The notes beneath the pieces were generated by a model. The model did not search any database, had not been told where the DNA came from, and was given only the letters and a program-made list of their open reading frames with translations. DNA of 64,000 nucleotides, from positions 1,364,001 through 1,428,000 of the forward strand of contig OZ037766.1 in the NCBI GenBank assembly GCA_964035545.1, in the 5' to 3' direction. The position numbers were made by a program, and so were the translations under genes. Source of the DNA: Bugula neritina (Eukaryota; Animalia; Bryozoa). Shown one piece after another: positions 1-13,200 of this stretch (position 1 is the first letter of the stretch; each line of letters starts with the position of its first letter).

Positions 1-1
1 T

Positions 2-1938
2 TTCTTCCCATCTGGACGCCCCGTGAAGTTTGAAAAGTCGGCTACATATTTTGACAAGGAGGCTGTGCCCATGCAGGCAGGGTCGTTGCTGCCCCGTGCC
101 AAGGTTATCATAATACTACTGGACCCCATCACTAGGGCTTTCTCCTGGTACCATGTGAGTTTTAGCTGGTATATATGTGGCACCATTCTATTGGCTGGTA
201 TATATGTGGTAAATCTCTATTGGCTGGCTGTATGTATAGAGAGAATGGGATTTGGTGACAGTAAACTTTACCACCCAGAGATTTTTATCAGAAGCTGACT
301 TATATACAAGCATGATATTTTAAGATATTTTAGGTAATTCAAATTATGAATATTTTGGTTACATTGGAAATCTAGTTTCTCATTACCAAATAGAAGAAAA
401 GCAAGCTCAATGGTATTTGTATATAACTGAAGTTGTCTCTCCAGTAATTTAATAATAAATTAAATCTGTGGAAAACCTTTGCAGCAATATTATTACAATC
501 ATATAATCTATGAGTTGAAGAGCATTTAAATCTCTATCGTTAAATTTGATTTTATTAGATTTTGGCTGTTATTATTTTAGTTAATGTTGAAGCCATAAAA
601 TTCCTCTCTAACCTAGGGTACTGCCATTAGCTATTTTTGATTTTTTTCTCTTTTGAAAATATTTTCTGAACTTTCTTTAAATCCACAATATACAGCTCTG
701 GGTCTTTGTGGCTGATGAGTTTGGAAAGGAAAGTAAACAACTCGTGTCCGCCATCTTTGCTCACTTGATTATGGTGGCACATATCTGTGGGTAGAGTTGA
801 AGCTATGACTTATTTGGATTTGCCTTCTCCTTAACTTCAGAACTGTGTCATTTCTATCGTATCTAATGTTGGCTGATGCAAGATCCAATATATTATACTG
901 TTTGATTAGTACGTATAGTTAGAAATGCACAAACAACCGAACTTCATTCTTCCCTCAAATTAAACTGTAGAAAGAAACTTACATCTTCTTTTTGCACTTC
1001 AGCACCAAAGAGCTCACAATGATCACACGGCGCTGAGTCACTCTTTCTATGATGTCATAACCAACACAGATAAACACAACCGGGAGGTGCAAAGCCTGAA
1101 AACTCACTTACTTAGACCTGGTTTCTACTACGAGCACATTCAGAGGTGGAGGCGGTACTACCCCGACTCGCAGGTTGGTTTCTTTTGTACAGTAGAAAAT
1201 CTTACTTTTAGTTGTTGTAGATAGACTCTGCTCTGTTTTCACTGCAGATAAACTCTGTTTTGCTGTAAATAAATCTATAGATAAAGATAAGCAATTGTAT
1301 ATTTCTGTTACAGATTAGCATTGCCTAACAGTGGCTTTAAATAACTTGTTTTAGATTTTCATTGCTTTTCTATTGCTGCAGTTAAAATCTACTACGGCTT
1401 CGATTATCTGCAGGTAAACTGATAGTTTTCTGCAGGTAAACTGATAGTTATCTGCAGGTAATCTCTGTTATTGTAGATAATGTATGTTGACGGAGAGAGG
1501 CTAACCTCTGACCCCGTGCAAGTCATGAACGACGTTCAGCTTTTCCTCAACACTGATGTACTTGTAGACTACAAACATATCCTCAGGTAGTTTCTCTATA
1601 CTATTCAGTTAGGGACAGGATAGGACATGTCACATGTCATGTCATTATGTGTCATACCTTGATGTCATACCTTGATGTTATGTAGTGATGTCTCTACTGT
1701 CTTATATAAACTTTTGTTTAGTTTTGAGGATGAGAAAGGATTCTACTGCATTAAAAGAAGTGTTGGTAGACCCAAGTGTTTGGGTGCTGGCAAGGGAAGA
1801 GTTCGTCAATATGGTCAGGTGGATGAGAAATCTCGTGCCTATTTACAGCAAGTATTTTATACCCCTAATCTCGCTCTCAAGCACCTGCTTGCACAAGTCG
1901 GATCTCCCATCCCTTCATGGCTAGCAGCCAACAGTTGA
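2..1938 (+). CDS. NDST: Bifunctional heparan sulfate N-deacetylase/N-sulfotransferase, C-terminal sulfotransferase domain (5'-partial; last 4 exons)
   Basis: Exons <2-154, 1003-1173, 1477-1586, 1722-1938 join in frame via GT-AG introns: ...FEKSATYFD...LLPRAKVIIILLDPITRAFSWYH|HQRAHNDHTALSHSFYDVI...PGFYYEHIQRW|IMYVDGERLTSDPVQVMNDVQLFL|SFEDEKGFYC...KCLGAGKGR...PIPSWL*. FEKSA, RAxSWYxHQRAH, KGFxC and KCLGxxKGR are NDST-family motifs. AATAAA at 2366. Confidence 0.93.
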
Positions 1939-3087
1939 CATTTGACATATATATACATTTCAATGAGTCACATTTTCTCCATAACTCTGTCTGCATAGTA
2001 GCATCCTCTAGCAGGTGCCCACTTTACTATTATGGTACCATGCAGGTAGTGGCTGGCATTATCAAACAACTACTTTTTTCACTGTTAGCATTATGACATC
2101 ATCAGTATAATAGTAGCTGACATGTCTGACAGGTGCCCTTGCATTATTTATTTCTTTGATGCATCTGATTTAAGATATTTTTTCTATAATAATCATGTGT
2201 AATGTTTACTAAATAAGGAGTTGTTTTCTCAATGGTGCTAAATGCATTAAATGTTCATATACTTGTTAAGTTTTGTTGAATATTTCAAACTTGTTTTGTT
2301 TTTACTTTCGCTACTTTTTATATAAGCTGATCTGTATTATAAGAGAGTGTTAATTTTGTACCTACAATAAATTACTTTGGAGTAACTATTTTCAGATCTA
2401 CAGTTAACTAAATTATATATCGTTGTATGCTTACGTTTTTATTTCTGCTGTCACTGTTTCTATAATTTGTTGTGCTTTTACTTCAATAGGCATATAAATA
2501 CTCTTCCTTACTGCAAGCTTCAGCTCTAACTACTATTAAGGTTTTTAGAGTGAATTGATACTGGGTAGCTGTTTAACTGTAAAGTAACTCTCCTTGGTGG
2601 AGCACAACTCCCATTTTCACTCAACTATTTTATGCACGTAGTTTTCATAGTTGTGGTTTTGGTTGGTCATAAATCATGAGCTGTAGGGTCTCTAGTAAAT
2701 TATGCAAGTACTCCCTATAAATTAAACATTTTACAGTATTTTCAAACAGTTTCACAATAAGCTAATGGAAGTAATTTTAAAATAGTCTGCCATAAAACCT
2801 GGTTTGTTGATTGAAAATTTAATCAGATAAATAAATCTATTTATATGTGGAATGCCAGTAACATCGGTGAATGAATAATTATGTATTGTGTTTGTTACTA
2901 ATGACTACCATATGCTCTGAAGCTGGACTATATAGTGCATCAACCAGTCCATGCTACCTCAGTGTTTTTTTATTATCTTAATAATAATGGTAATCATGCA
3001 TTATGTAAGTGCATTTCACATACTAGGGAATTAGAATGGCTTGTAACACTACACCCGGATAAATAATTCAAAGTGTAGAAGCTTCCA

Positions 3088-3168
3088 CTCCCACCGGGTA
3101 TCGAACCACAGACCTCCAACTTGTAAGGAGACAGTGCTAACCATTACACTATGCTGGCTACTGGGAAA
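3088..3168 (-). mobile_element. tRNA-derived SINE-like element / tRNA pseudogene
   Basis: Reverse strand has A box TAGTGTAATGG and B box GGTTCGATACC; anticodon arm pairs poorly; 5' flank TTCCCAGTAG is shared with the copies at ~33030 and ~47630. Confidence 0.7.
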
Positions 3169-4839
3169 TCTCAAAGTACAATACAAACTTTAAATAATTA
3201 AATATTTTGCAAGTTAATGCTTTATCATGCAGCTATGTTTATTTATATGCTCAACGAAATCCAATAAAAGTGCAGCCATGTTTACACTTATGCATGAGAT
3301 TTATAAAAGTAAAAGTTTCAACTAATGAATAATTCAGGTTTTCAACTATTCCCGGAGCTCTATTTGTCTTCTAGTTACTATTATTCTGTCCACTTCTTTG
3401 AAACTTTTTATCAGTTTTTTAAATATTATACTAGTTTAGGAATGATCATTTTAGAAAAGTAGGTACAGTAATGGAGAAATTGGGAAAAGCTGGTGTTTTA
3501 GAGGAAAAATGTAGCAAAGGAAGTTATGTTTTCATGGGAATGACAATTTCCACGACCCAAACTAAACTTCAAGCCTATTTCTATCCCGTACTGTATATAG
3601 TAAACCTGCACTCAGTCGTGGTACCTTATGGCTACGGGATACTAGCTGTATTACTGTATGCCTTACCATTGAAAAATTAAAGAGGAAAAGCTTCATATTT
3701 TTCTATCAGATGATCGGATCTAATTTTAGTTTCACAGTTTAAATACAAATCTGTCATTTTTATTATAGATGCTGGATCTAAGTGTATAGCTTCAGGTCCT
3801 CCCTATTAGTATTAGTTCCAGTAAGCAATTGTTGCATTAAAAGTTATTTGCTTGTGAAATAGAGTAGCAAACAAAATACTAAGAATAGAAGGCTAGGCCA
3901 GGCAGAAGTCTATATCTACACCCAAGTGTAACGTGCTGCCAGTCAATGTGCCCTGCTGTTTCCTTCAGACGCAAATCCTCTCTTCAACAGAGTTGCAGGT
4001 TTTTCAAGGAGCTGGCACAGTATCCTGTGAGATTATTTAATGGAAGTTTGGTGGATTTAGAATTACTGCTAATATATTGTTTTTCAACTTGTTAAATCTG
4101 ATCTGACCTTGAATAAAGGAGTATATCAATTATAACTACTGCAGTTATAGCCGAAATATCTGTAAATATTTTATAATTGTCTTTGATTTATCTGTTTTCT
4201 ACACCTCCTTCTCTTATATTATAGCTTAGAAGTGAAGCTGCTATCACACATCTTACTAAAGCTATAAGTACTACAGCAGGCCTATACAGTTGCTGGTATA
4301 ATAAAATATCTATTTACTAATAAATATAAAATAATGATATAGTTTTTAGTACCTGTTTACAGGCAAGCAGCTGTTTCTAAAATTAGAGCTACTTGTAGGG
4401 TTGGACTGTACATAGTAACACTATAGCTGCCTGTTGTTTGCTGTCTCTGCTGACTCTATAAACTTGTGATATGTGCACAGCTACCAACCAACCGTGGTTG
4501 ACTAAACCACAACAGAAAGAAAAAATCAAAATTGTTGTACAACCTTTTCAATTTATCATTTAAATATTCTTTTAAATTCACTCAGTCTGTATAAAAACAA
4601 AGCGTATTAAGGTTAATAAAATGTGTAAGCTGAAAAGCAGTGTCCCAGCATTGAGGGGGAAAGCTTTAATTTATTACATAACTGACACTATCCAACTATT
4701 TTAACAACACCATGTTTTTAATTAGTAAACGAATCAGCATACCTGTAAGTAGCAGGTTGAATGCGTTATAAGTTATGCAACTATAGCTAGAAGGCTCGCA
4801 TACGTACTAAAGTTGAGGCGTGGCCAGCAGACGGCCATG

Positions 4840-5038
4840 TAGTGGCTATAAAACTAGCCTATAATTACATCACCAGAGGGCTCCGCGTTGCAGTTGTTGA
4901 CAGGCCTTTGACATGCGGACTCGCACCTGTCAAGCTTGTCAAATGCAAGTGTTCATTAATCTTTTTCCCCTCCTTGTATTCTGATATAAGATTCGTCTAC
5001 TCTTAAGTCTTGAATCTGCGTCCTACAGTTACGATGAG
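4840..5038 (+). promoter_or_regulatory. Candidate promoter/first exon of receptor A
   Basis: Locally GC/CpG-richer region with a TATAAAA box near 4847, ending ATGAG|gttagt. Splicing to the acceptor at 10228 gives in-frame ATG AGA ATG AGT. Inference only. Confidence 0.3.
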
Positions 5039-8000
5039 GTTAGTTATTGAACCCTATTCAGTAAGCCGTAATTTAGTTTCAAAAGATCATATGTATAGAC
5101 TATAGACTATATTACTCATTACTGAAACTATAATAAGTTTAGTGATAAATTTCTTTTTATTTGAAGTTCTTTTTATTCTATCTAGCAAAGTATATTTTAC
5201 AAAATGTACTTTTGAAAATATAGCTTGACGTTAAATAATGGATCTATAAATCACCTACTTCCCTTTATCTCAGTTTGGCAGCATATTTTAGTCTGTCAAG
5301 TAGAGTCAGTGAATTTCATGTTATTAATTGAAAAGGCAAGATAGGTACTACTTATATGGGTGCTATAGATGAGAAATGTTGCAAACAGTTGTGCTCTTGC
5401 CAGAGTTTCAGCCTCTGCTCAAACTGAAAGTTGTAAATCATTAAAAAACCTTAATAGAGTACATTAAACTTATTCTGTTTTGCACTTACGGTAAGAAAAC
5501 TTTGAAACATGGTTTGTTTGAAATTAATTGTAAATTTGCTCTAATACTGACGGATTATCGCTTTGTACTAAATGTTTCATTTCCAATAGCAGTGATAAAG
5601 GTTCAAAATGATGATAAATGCATTGAGTTCTGTCACTAAGTTGTCGTAAGACTTGAGGGCATTCAATATGTCACCTTTTAGTAATTGAATTCAGGATTTG
5701 CTGTAGTTATCTGTAGACATGCTTAGCCCAAGTCTCAGACATCACAATTTACACAGTCTAGCATTTTATCTCTATCTTTAAATCTTTTTCACTTCAAAAT
5801 ATTTCACAATATTATTTACAAATAGCTACAACTAGCTGCAGTAACTATAGCAAAATATCAGTGTAATAGCTGCTGTGCAAAACTGACTATATTTTAAAGG
5901 TTATGGTTAACGAATCTTTAGCTTGTAAATAGGTTTTTTGTTTCATTTTGAAGCTAAGAACTTGAAACTTAAAGACAAAAAGACGTACTTTTTATACAGG
6001 ATCATAATATGTCAAGAAGAAATATTATATTTCTGCAATTTCGTTTGTAAAGCTATAGATTCACATTTAGAAAGACAGGGTTGTGTGTTTGGGAACAAGC
6101 TAATATATTGGTAGTATATTACCAGCCCTAAAGTATATAGGGTGGTGACCCTCTATTCCAAAATATGCAGGGACCCCTTATGAAAACTTGAGTACACGAA
6201 ACCAAATATTCAGTAAGAATTTCAAACTTGTAACCCACAAAAGCTGCTTCGAAAATACAGATGTTAGTTTGTTTAAATATAGGATATGTAGAGTATAAAT
6301 GTTTCACCTGCCCTCCGTTAATTCTGCTATATGAAGCTGGTCTAAGGCTAAGTTGACCTTGGGTTCAGTACGTTAAATTGACTGAAATATCAAATAGTTG
6401 TCAATAACTTTACATAATTATAGTCATGATACTGAGTGCTTAAGTACAGTTATAGTAGTTTTGTTAAATTCTCACAAATTTGATTTTTAGAGGTATATTT
6501 AAATCAATAAAGTATATAGTCTTTTGTTACAGCTGAAAAGGTATAAAATTATGCATACAGTTGACTATTTAAAGTTAGACTGTGGACCAGGTTTTAGTTA
6601 AATGCTGTCCTTTAGTGGATGTCTCGATCACCGCTTGACAGCAGTCAGCCTTAGCACCTTTGTATGCAGAGTTTACAGTGGTGAGGACTGATCCAGCTTA
6701 TTAGATGTATAGTATAAAGTCATGGTTAAGAATATAGACTATTTTAAAAGCTGCTAATGACATTTAACAGTTAATATATTATATATAAAATGCCATGGAT
6801 TGTGGCCTATTATAGAGCAAATGTGAACGGAATTCCCTTGCGTATATCTGCCCGGTAGGAACTGCGTGCTATTGGCATTTCTTAGTATATGAAGAATTAC
6901 AATAGTGAGTGAGCCATGTTCATGGGGATATAATGGCTACACTATGTTTGTTACCACTTTTCTAACTGTACTAAAACATTTTCTAGCACCTTCATAGCTG
7001 CTTTCCTTGTCTCATGTGACTTCAAACTGACTTTGGAATTCATAGCTAAAGTTTTTGCCAAATAAAATCCGCCAATCAAAGGTTTCAGTCTAGAATGTTC
7101 TTTGATACAGACTTCTGAAGCGGTGATATCTTTGAGTTGGAAAGGAATACTCCATATTGGCAACAGGTTCAGACTGTCAGGAGTAGAGAATTAATTTGTC
7201 TCTATATATTACAATACAGAAGCAGTGAAGTGTGACCCAATCATCAATGGTCCAATACTTTATAGTAAACTTACCTGATATAACTCAAAGGTCAATCAAA
7301 ATCTAACAATTTTGTTTACTAAATTTTTCCTTCATTTTACAAACTGCTGTATTTCAGTAAAGCATAATCTTTAACCAAAATATTATTTTCTAAGCCTCGC
7401 AAGCTGAAAAAAACTGAAAAAGCTTTAATTACATTTTCAAAATAAAACATTACCAGTACTTGGTTGGTATTGTCACTTAGAAACTGTTTGACTTGCACTT
7501 GTAGCTATATTTCAAGGGAAAAGTATAATTCAATTTTCTTAGAATTGTCCTGGATACCTCGCGGCGTACATAATAGCATGTATTTTATTACAATGGTCTT
7601 TCATAAACACCAAACCTATTGAGTTACCCCTCTGGGAAGATAGAGTAGGCTAGCTTCTATAGAATAGTTATACTGTACAGTCTGCCAATAGCTGGGGTTC
7701 CACCATATCTACTAGACTTCTAGATCAACCTTGCTAAAACCTCATTCTATGTTACACAGCTATCTCCTAAGGCTATACAATTTGCAAAAGTAAATGAAGC
7801 TAAAATGTTGTACATGGTGTTTTCAATTACACACAGGTACAAAATATACTTTGATAAAAGTAGTGTATTGAAGGGTCACCTTAACTTAAACCTGAAAACT
7901 TTAACTTTTTTATTGAAATCATCAAACAGCACCTTTTGTTATATCAGAGTAGATATAATATGCTACATACAGTTACATCCATTCTACCAGTTATTATGAT

Positions 8001-8857
8001 ATATCTGCCAGCTTATAGAAATGTGATGCAACATGGAATTGTGTTCTTTTAATCCGATAATTAATTAATATAAACAAAGTTTTGTTGTTTAATTTTAAGA
8101 ACTTGCAGTTTTAGTAAAATAAAACGATTTTCTGCTATAAAAAATTGATTGAAGTCACCACCCATGAAAAACATTGTGCTTTAAACTAATGCTAGTAACT
8201 GGCAATATGGTAAATATTTTGATGTAAATTAACCAGCCTTGCATATATTAGCTGATTACCACAAATTAGTTGTGTTCTTGTGCAATAAGCTGCAATCATC
8301 ATAAAACTGCCCACAGTCGAGTGCCATAATGGTATAGTATATTGTCTTCAGACATCTTATTCAACTGTAAATAGTAAAAAACTAGGTTTATTTGTTAGTT
8401 TCTAAAGTGATGGTTTGGGTGAGGGTTCCTTTGATAGGCTGGATGTCCCTGCTCTTCAGGTTATTTTACATACAGCCCTATTAATCATATACGCTGAATT
8501 GAAATTTTGAAAATTTAATGTGAAATGGTTTTTTAGCTATTAATATTCTTTAAGTAAGGGAGTTTTTACCTCTTTTGGCATCAGGTGCAGGGAAATACAA
8601 TGCAAAAATTAAGACATCAAAGGCAGGCCAAGAAAATCTAAAAAGATAATTAATGTGGTTGCAAAAACTGCTTCACTGAAGAAAGTATTTAAAGAATTAA
8701 TTGAAAAAACTGATAATCTCCACTAATGTTACAAAAAACAGTAATAATTTACTCTTCTAAGTGAATTGTCATAATTATGGATTTAATTTTTTCATAAAAC
8801 AGCCACACTTCTGTAGCTGATATATCATTAGCCTAACTTAAACATGCTTTGTTGTGG

Positions 8858-8940
8858 CAATTATATAGGGGGTAATCAATGTTACTAGATATACAATCAA
8901 TTATATAGGGGGTAATCAGTGTTACTAGATATACAATCAA
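8858..8940. repeat. ~40-bp tandem duplication (2 copies)
   Basis: caattatatagggggtaatca(a/g)tgttactagatatacaat twice. Confidence 0.85.
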
Positions 8941-10229
8941 ACTTTTCTCATTGTCTGTTGACAGTAAGACAGTTTTGTTAAAACCAGGGCTGGTATTACG
9001 GAAACCGGTTGATGTATTGCGGTGATGATATTTTTAAAATGGACATTATCTTGCCAGCAAAACTTTGCATAGATTAAAGAAAAAACTTGGTGTGAATTTG
9101 TGCTTCAATTGTTAAAAGGTACATAGCCATCTGTTTGTTTACTTCTAAACGTGTACAACAGTTTTATAAAGAGATGGTATCAAATATAAAAGCATCTTGA
9201 TTCCCTAGGAACCATCTCAATGTGAACTAACAGACAGATTTTCAAATGACTTCTTCTTTAGTATACTGTTGCTATAGCAACAACATGCCACAGTCTGCCT
9301 CCGAGCTCACAAATTTATTTCCATTCAACTTGATTAGTGAAAGCTTTTTGAGTAATGCCAACTGCTTCCTCTGAATAACAATGTGCTTTCTTTTCGATAG
9401 TATTCTATTTTAATTAAATTAAAATAGTAACTTATAGGCTATGTAGCCAATCAAATCTCAAACTGAAATAGTATGAGTCATAGCAATGACAACTGATAAC
9501 TTGTAACACCTACAAGAACTGTGCTCACATGCTGTTTTACTTAGAACTTATAATCTAATACTGTGTTATGAAACTATGATGCCGTAATTCTAGGAATTAT
9601 CAGCAGGGGGAAGCAGAAGCTCCATAATAACTGTATTGAGAATTTTCTACTTACAACACCCACTTCTTGCCTGCTTTGAATGTCATTGTATAGAATCATA
9701 TTATTCCTAGAACTCATTAGTAAATGCTACAGAAACCCCCTCCCTGCCTGTCAGACCCACACAAATCAAATGCTTGTCAGTTAATCATGTCTACAGAGTT
9801 GTGTTCTCATTGTACAGCCTACCATAATTATGCTTCTCTAAGTATATGATGTTGTGTTCATTTGCAGCCCATAATAGGGAGAGAAAATATTACAATTGCT
9901 GTATCTTCCATTTGTTTCATTTTATATTTTTTAAAAATGCTCATTTATTAAAAGATACATAATATCAAAAATATGTACAAGTAATTTTATTCGGTTTCTT
10001 TTTAATAATTACATAATATATTATAAAGTATGGTCATTTGTATTCATTGTGAAAGACTGTATGTAGATATAATATGTATGTTGTATTCATACATAGCATA
10101 ATTATATATTATATTATGTTATGATATACACAGTATACTTAATGCATACACAATGTATATATGCATGTTCAATACACCTGTATAATTTTATGCACTGTAT
10201 AGTTTATTCAAACTTCCATTTGCTGTAGA

Positions 10230-13200
10230 ATGAGTTGGGAAAGAAGACAAACCCTCTGGGAATTCCTGTTTTTGTTGATGTTCTGTAAGTATAATATTTC
10301 AATGCATTATACATTGGTTTAATTTACCTGCCGTCTTACACCTGCAGCATTATGCCTTTGACTATATACACTTATACTATTCCTAAGGGTTCCTTGGAGT
10401 ATTATTATTTCATTATTAGAAAACTTGGAATTTACGGAATATGTAACTATAAAGGTACATCAGGCAAACTAATCTCTTGATGTGTTTATTCTCTATGCAG
10501 CTATCAACTTTCACAGCAAACAAATAAACCCTACAGCATAGCAAGTCAATATTTCCATGCTCTTTAACTCGTAGGCTTTGTAACAAAAGCTGCAGCGGGA
10601 TTTTTTAAACTCACAGTATTTTTTATTGAATGGAATGAAGGCCAACAGCTCACCAGTAACAATCTTTGGTGATCAACAAATATAGATGTATATTCCTTAT
10701 ATAAACTTCTGTTTCATGCTTTGCTAGGCATTAACTTTAGTTCTGGAGGCATTGAAATATACACAAACCGCCCTCCGCACTCACTAGATGAGACTAGGTC
10801 CTTCTACTACGGCAGCATAGCCTTAGAGGGAGAAAATGTTACGATAGTATGTACAGTTGGTGAAAATTTTGAACTTTGGAGGACTTTTGAGAACATCACA
10901 CGGAAAGTAGTGCAGACTGGAGATGGCAGGTTAGCTGAGTTTGAACTTTGTGTTTTACTTTCTGTGATCAGTTGGAAGTATGAACTTTTAGTATTCTACT
11001 TAGAAGATATAATATTAGTTGGCTTATAGAAGCTATGATTAATTTCTAATTTGTTTTTATTTATCACCGTTGAAGTAGAATGATGATTTGATATTGCTCA
11101 ATGATTGATAAAAGGTTCAAATTTATTTATACACGCAGCAAATCACAGAATTTTAGTAATTTGTAGGTAAATATAACTTTTAAGCCAAGAAGTTTATATT
11201 CACAACCGTTAGTCAGAAATGACATTAATAATAACAATTATATTGAAAGCACGTAAAGCTTGATTTATTATTTAAATTACAATTTATTTTTGTTGATTCA
11301 GAATCATCCAATCAAGAAGCTCGTCTCATTTGAACACAACTATTACTAATGTGACATTTGGGGACACCGGAAATTACGGATGTGGAAAAAATAACTACTT
11401 TAGACTGAGAGTATATAGAAACCCAGGTATGTCTCAATTGTTTAATAAGTAAGGAAATATTAACTTTCAGTTGTCTTCTCTTTCCATTTCATTCTAGCTA
11501 TATTTATATTGTGTTACTCAGCAGAAGATCAAGAACTACCAACCATAGTAACAGCAGAATGTAAAGCTTATGAGTCAATGGAGAGCATTTCTGATGCCAA
11601 GTATGGAGTCGTCTGTTCTTTCTTCATTTCCACGCTGCCTGCTGACTTTATGACTTGGGATGTTTCACTTTACAAGAGGTGATGTAGAAAAGTTAAACAA
11701 ATTATGAAGCACAACGGTTAACCAATATAATTTAATTAGATTAGTGGAAATCTAGTATTTATTATAACAAATTGTATTTTAAACTCACATAGTTTATGGT
11801 TTCAATCCTCGTGAGAAGCTCTGTTAGTAAAGGTTTCGTTTAAAACAGACTAAGGAATTGCTTTCTACTGTGGCAAAAAGCTAAGCCAGTGCTTTACCCA
11901 CTAGACAATCTTGAAACTTTAATTTATAAAACAGAGTAACTCAAAGGAAAGATAGCTTATTTTAATTAATTACACATTTTCATGTGTAAATTACTCGTAG
12001 TATACAAGTTTATCTGTCAAGTTGTGTTTTTGTTATCCACTGACATAAATATTTATAGTTCTCCTTCTTTAGAGATGGAGTTGTCTGTCTCAGTGGAAAT
12101 TCAGTCAGTAAGTGTAGAGATACTTGTCAGCCATTGAATACCAGAAGGGCAGAGGATGGTACTGACATTGCAGAATGTATAATAAGGACGTCAGACACCT
12201 CCACCCTCAATGCTTCTTACTTAGAGTTTAAAACTTACGCTAAGAATCCCTTTAGCAACTCATCTAACAGAGTCAACTGCTCTGTTACTAATATGAAAGG
12301 TATGTACAATCAGATGGGAGGATAACTCTGAATATATCTAAATAGTTGAGAAAATAACTCCAAATTTGTATTCAAAAGCACACCCATTATGCTATGTAAT
12401 GTATGCCAAGCTCAATAGTACGAAAAAAACCTGTATTCACATGTTTGTTTATTATTATTATTATTTACATTTTTGTTTATTATTGCAAGTACTGCTGTTT
12501 TGTGATTAGGACTTGTGATCCCCAAATATATACAAGCTCAGTTTGAGGTTCATAAAGAATCAGATCCCAGCCGAGCAATGATTTGGATGAGTGGAGAGGT
12601 CAAGTGGGTTGATTATAAACTGTATATGGGATACGCCGCTGCCACAGGCAGCAATATTACTATCAGCTTAGAGGTAGACAACTCTAGGAATATGCCGTGT
12701 AACAGCACAGACCCTGGTGACCCAAGGTGAGTTGTAATATACTGTAATATGTCATATAGTATATATAATATACAGTAATATATCGTTGAGTTTATAGTAA
12801 TATACAGTAATATATCGTGTAGTATACAGTAATATACAGTAATATACAGCAATATATCGTATAGTATATATACTATACAGTAATATATATTATTGTACAC
12901 ATAATATACAATAATATATCGCAGAGTATATCTACTGCACAGTAATATATCATAGAATATATAGTAATATATTGTAGAGTATATAGTAACGTACAACACT
13001 ATATCGTAGAGTAATATACAGTGATGTATTGTACAGTACATATAGTAATATACCGTATATCATCACACTATAAAACTAATAATGCGCAGGAAGAAACTAA
13101 TAACAGATGGGAAGTGGCGAAACATCACTATAGAACATGTGAGCTACGAAGACGCCGGGCCTTACTTATGTAACAACGACAGAAAAGACCTCATTGTAAT

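Noticed and set aside
12613-13041. 142-aa Tyr/Ile-rich minus-strand ORF
   Set aside because: Derived from an AT-rich intronic minisatellite.
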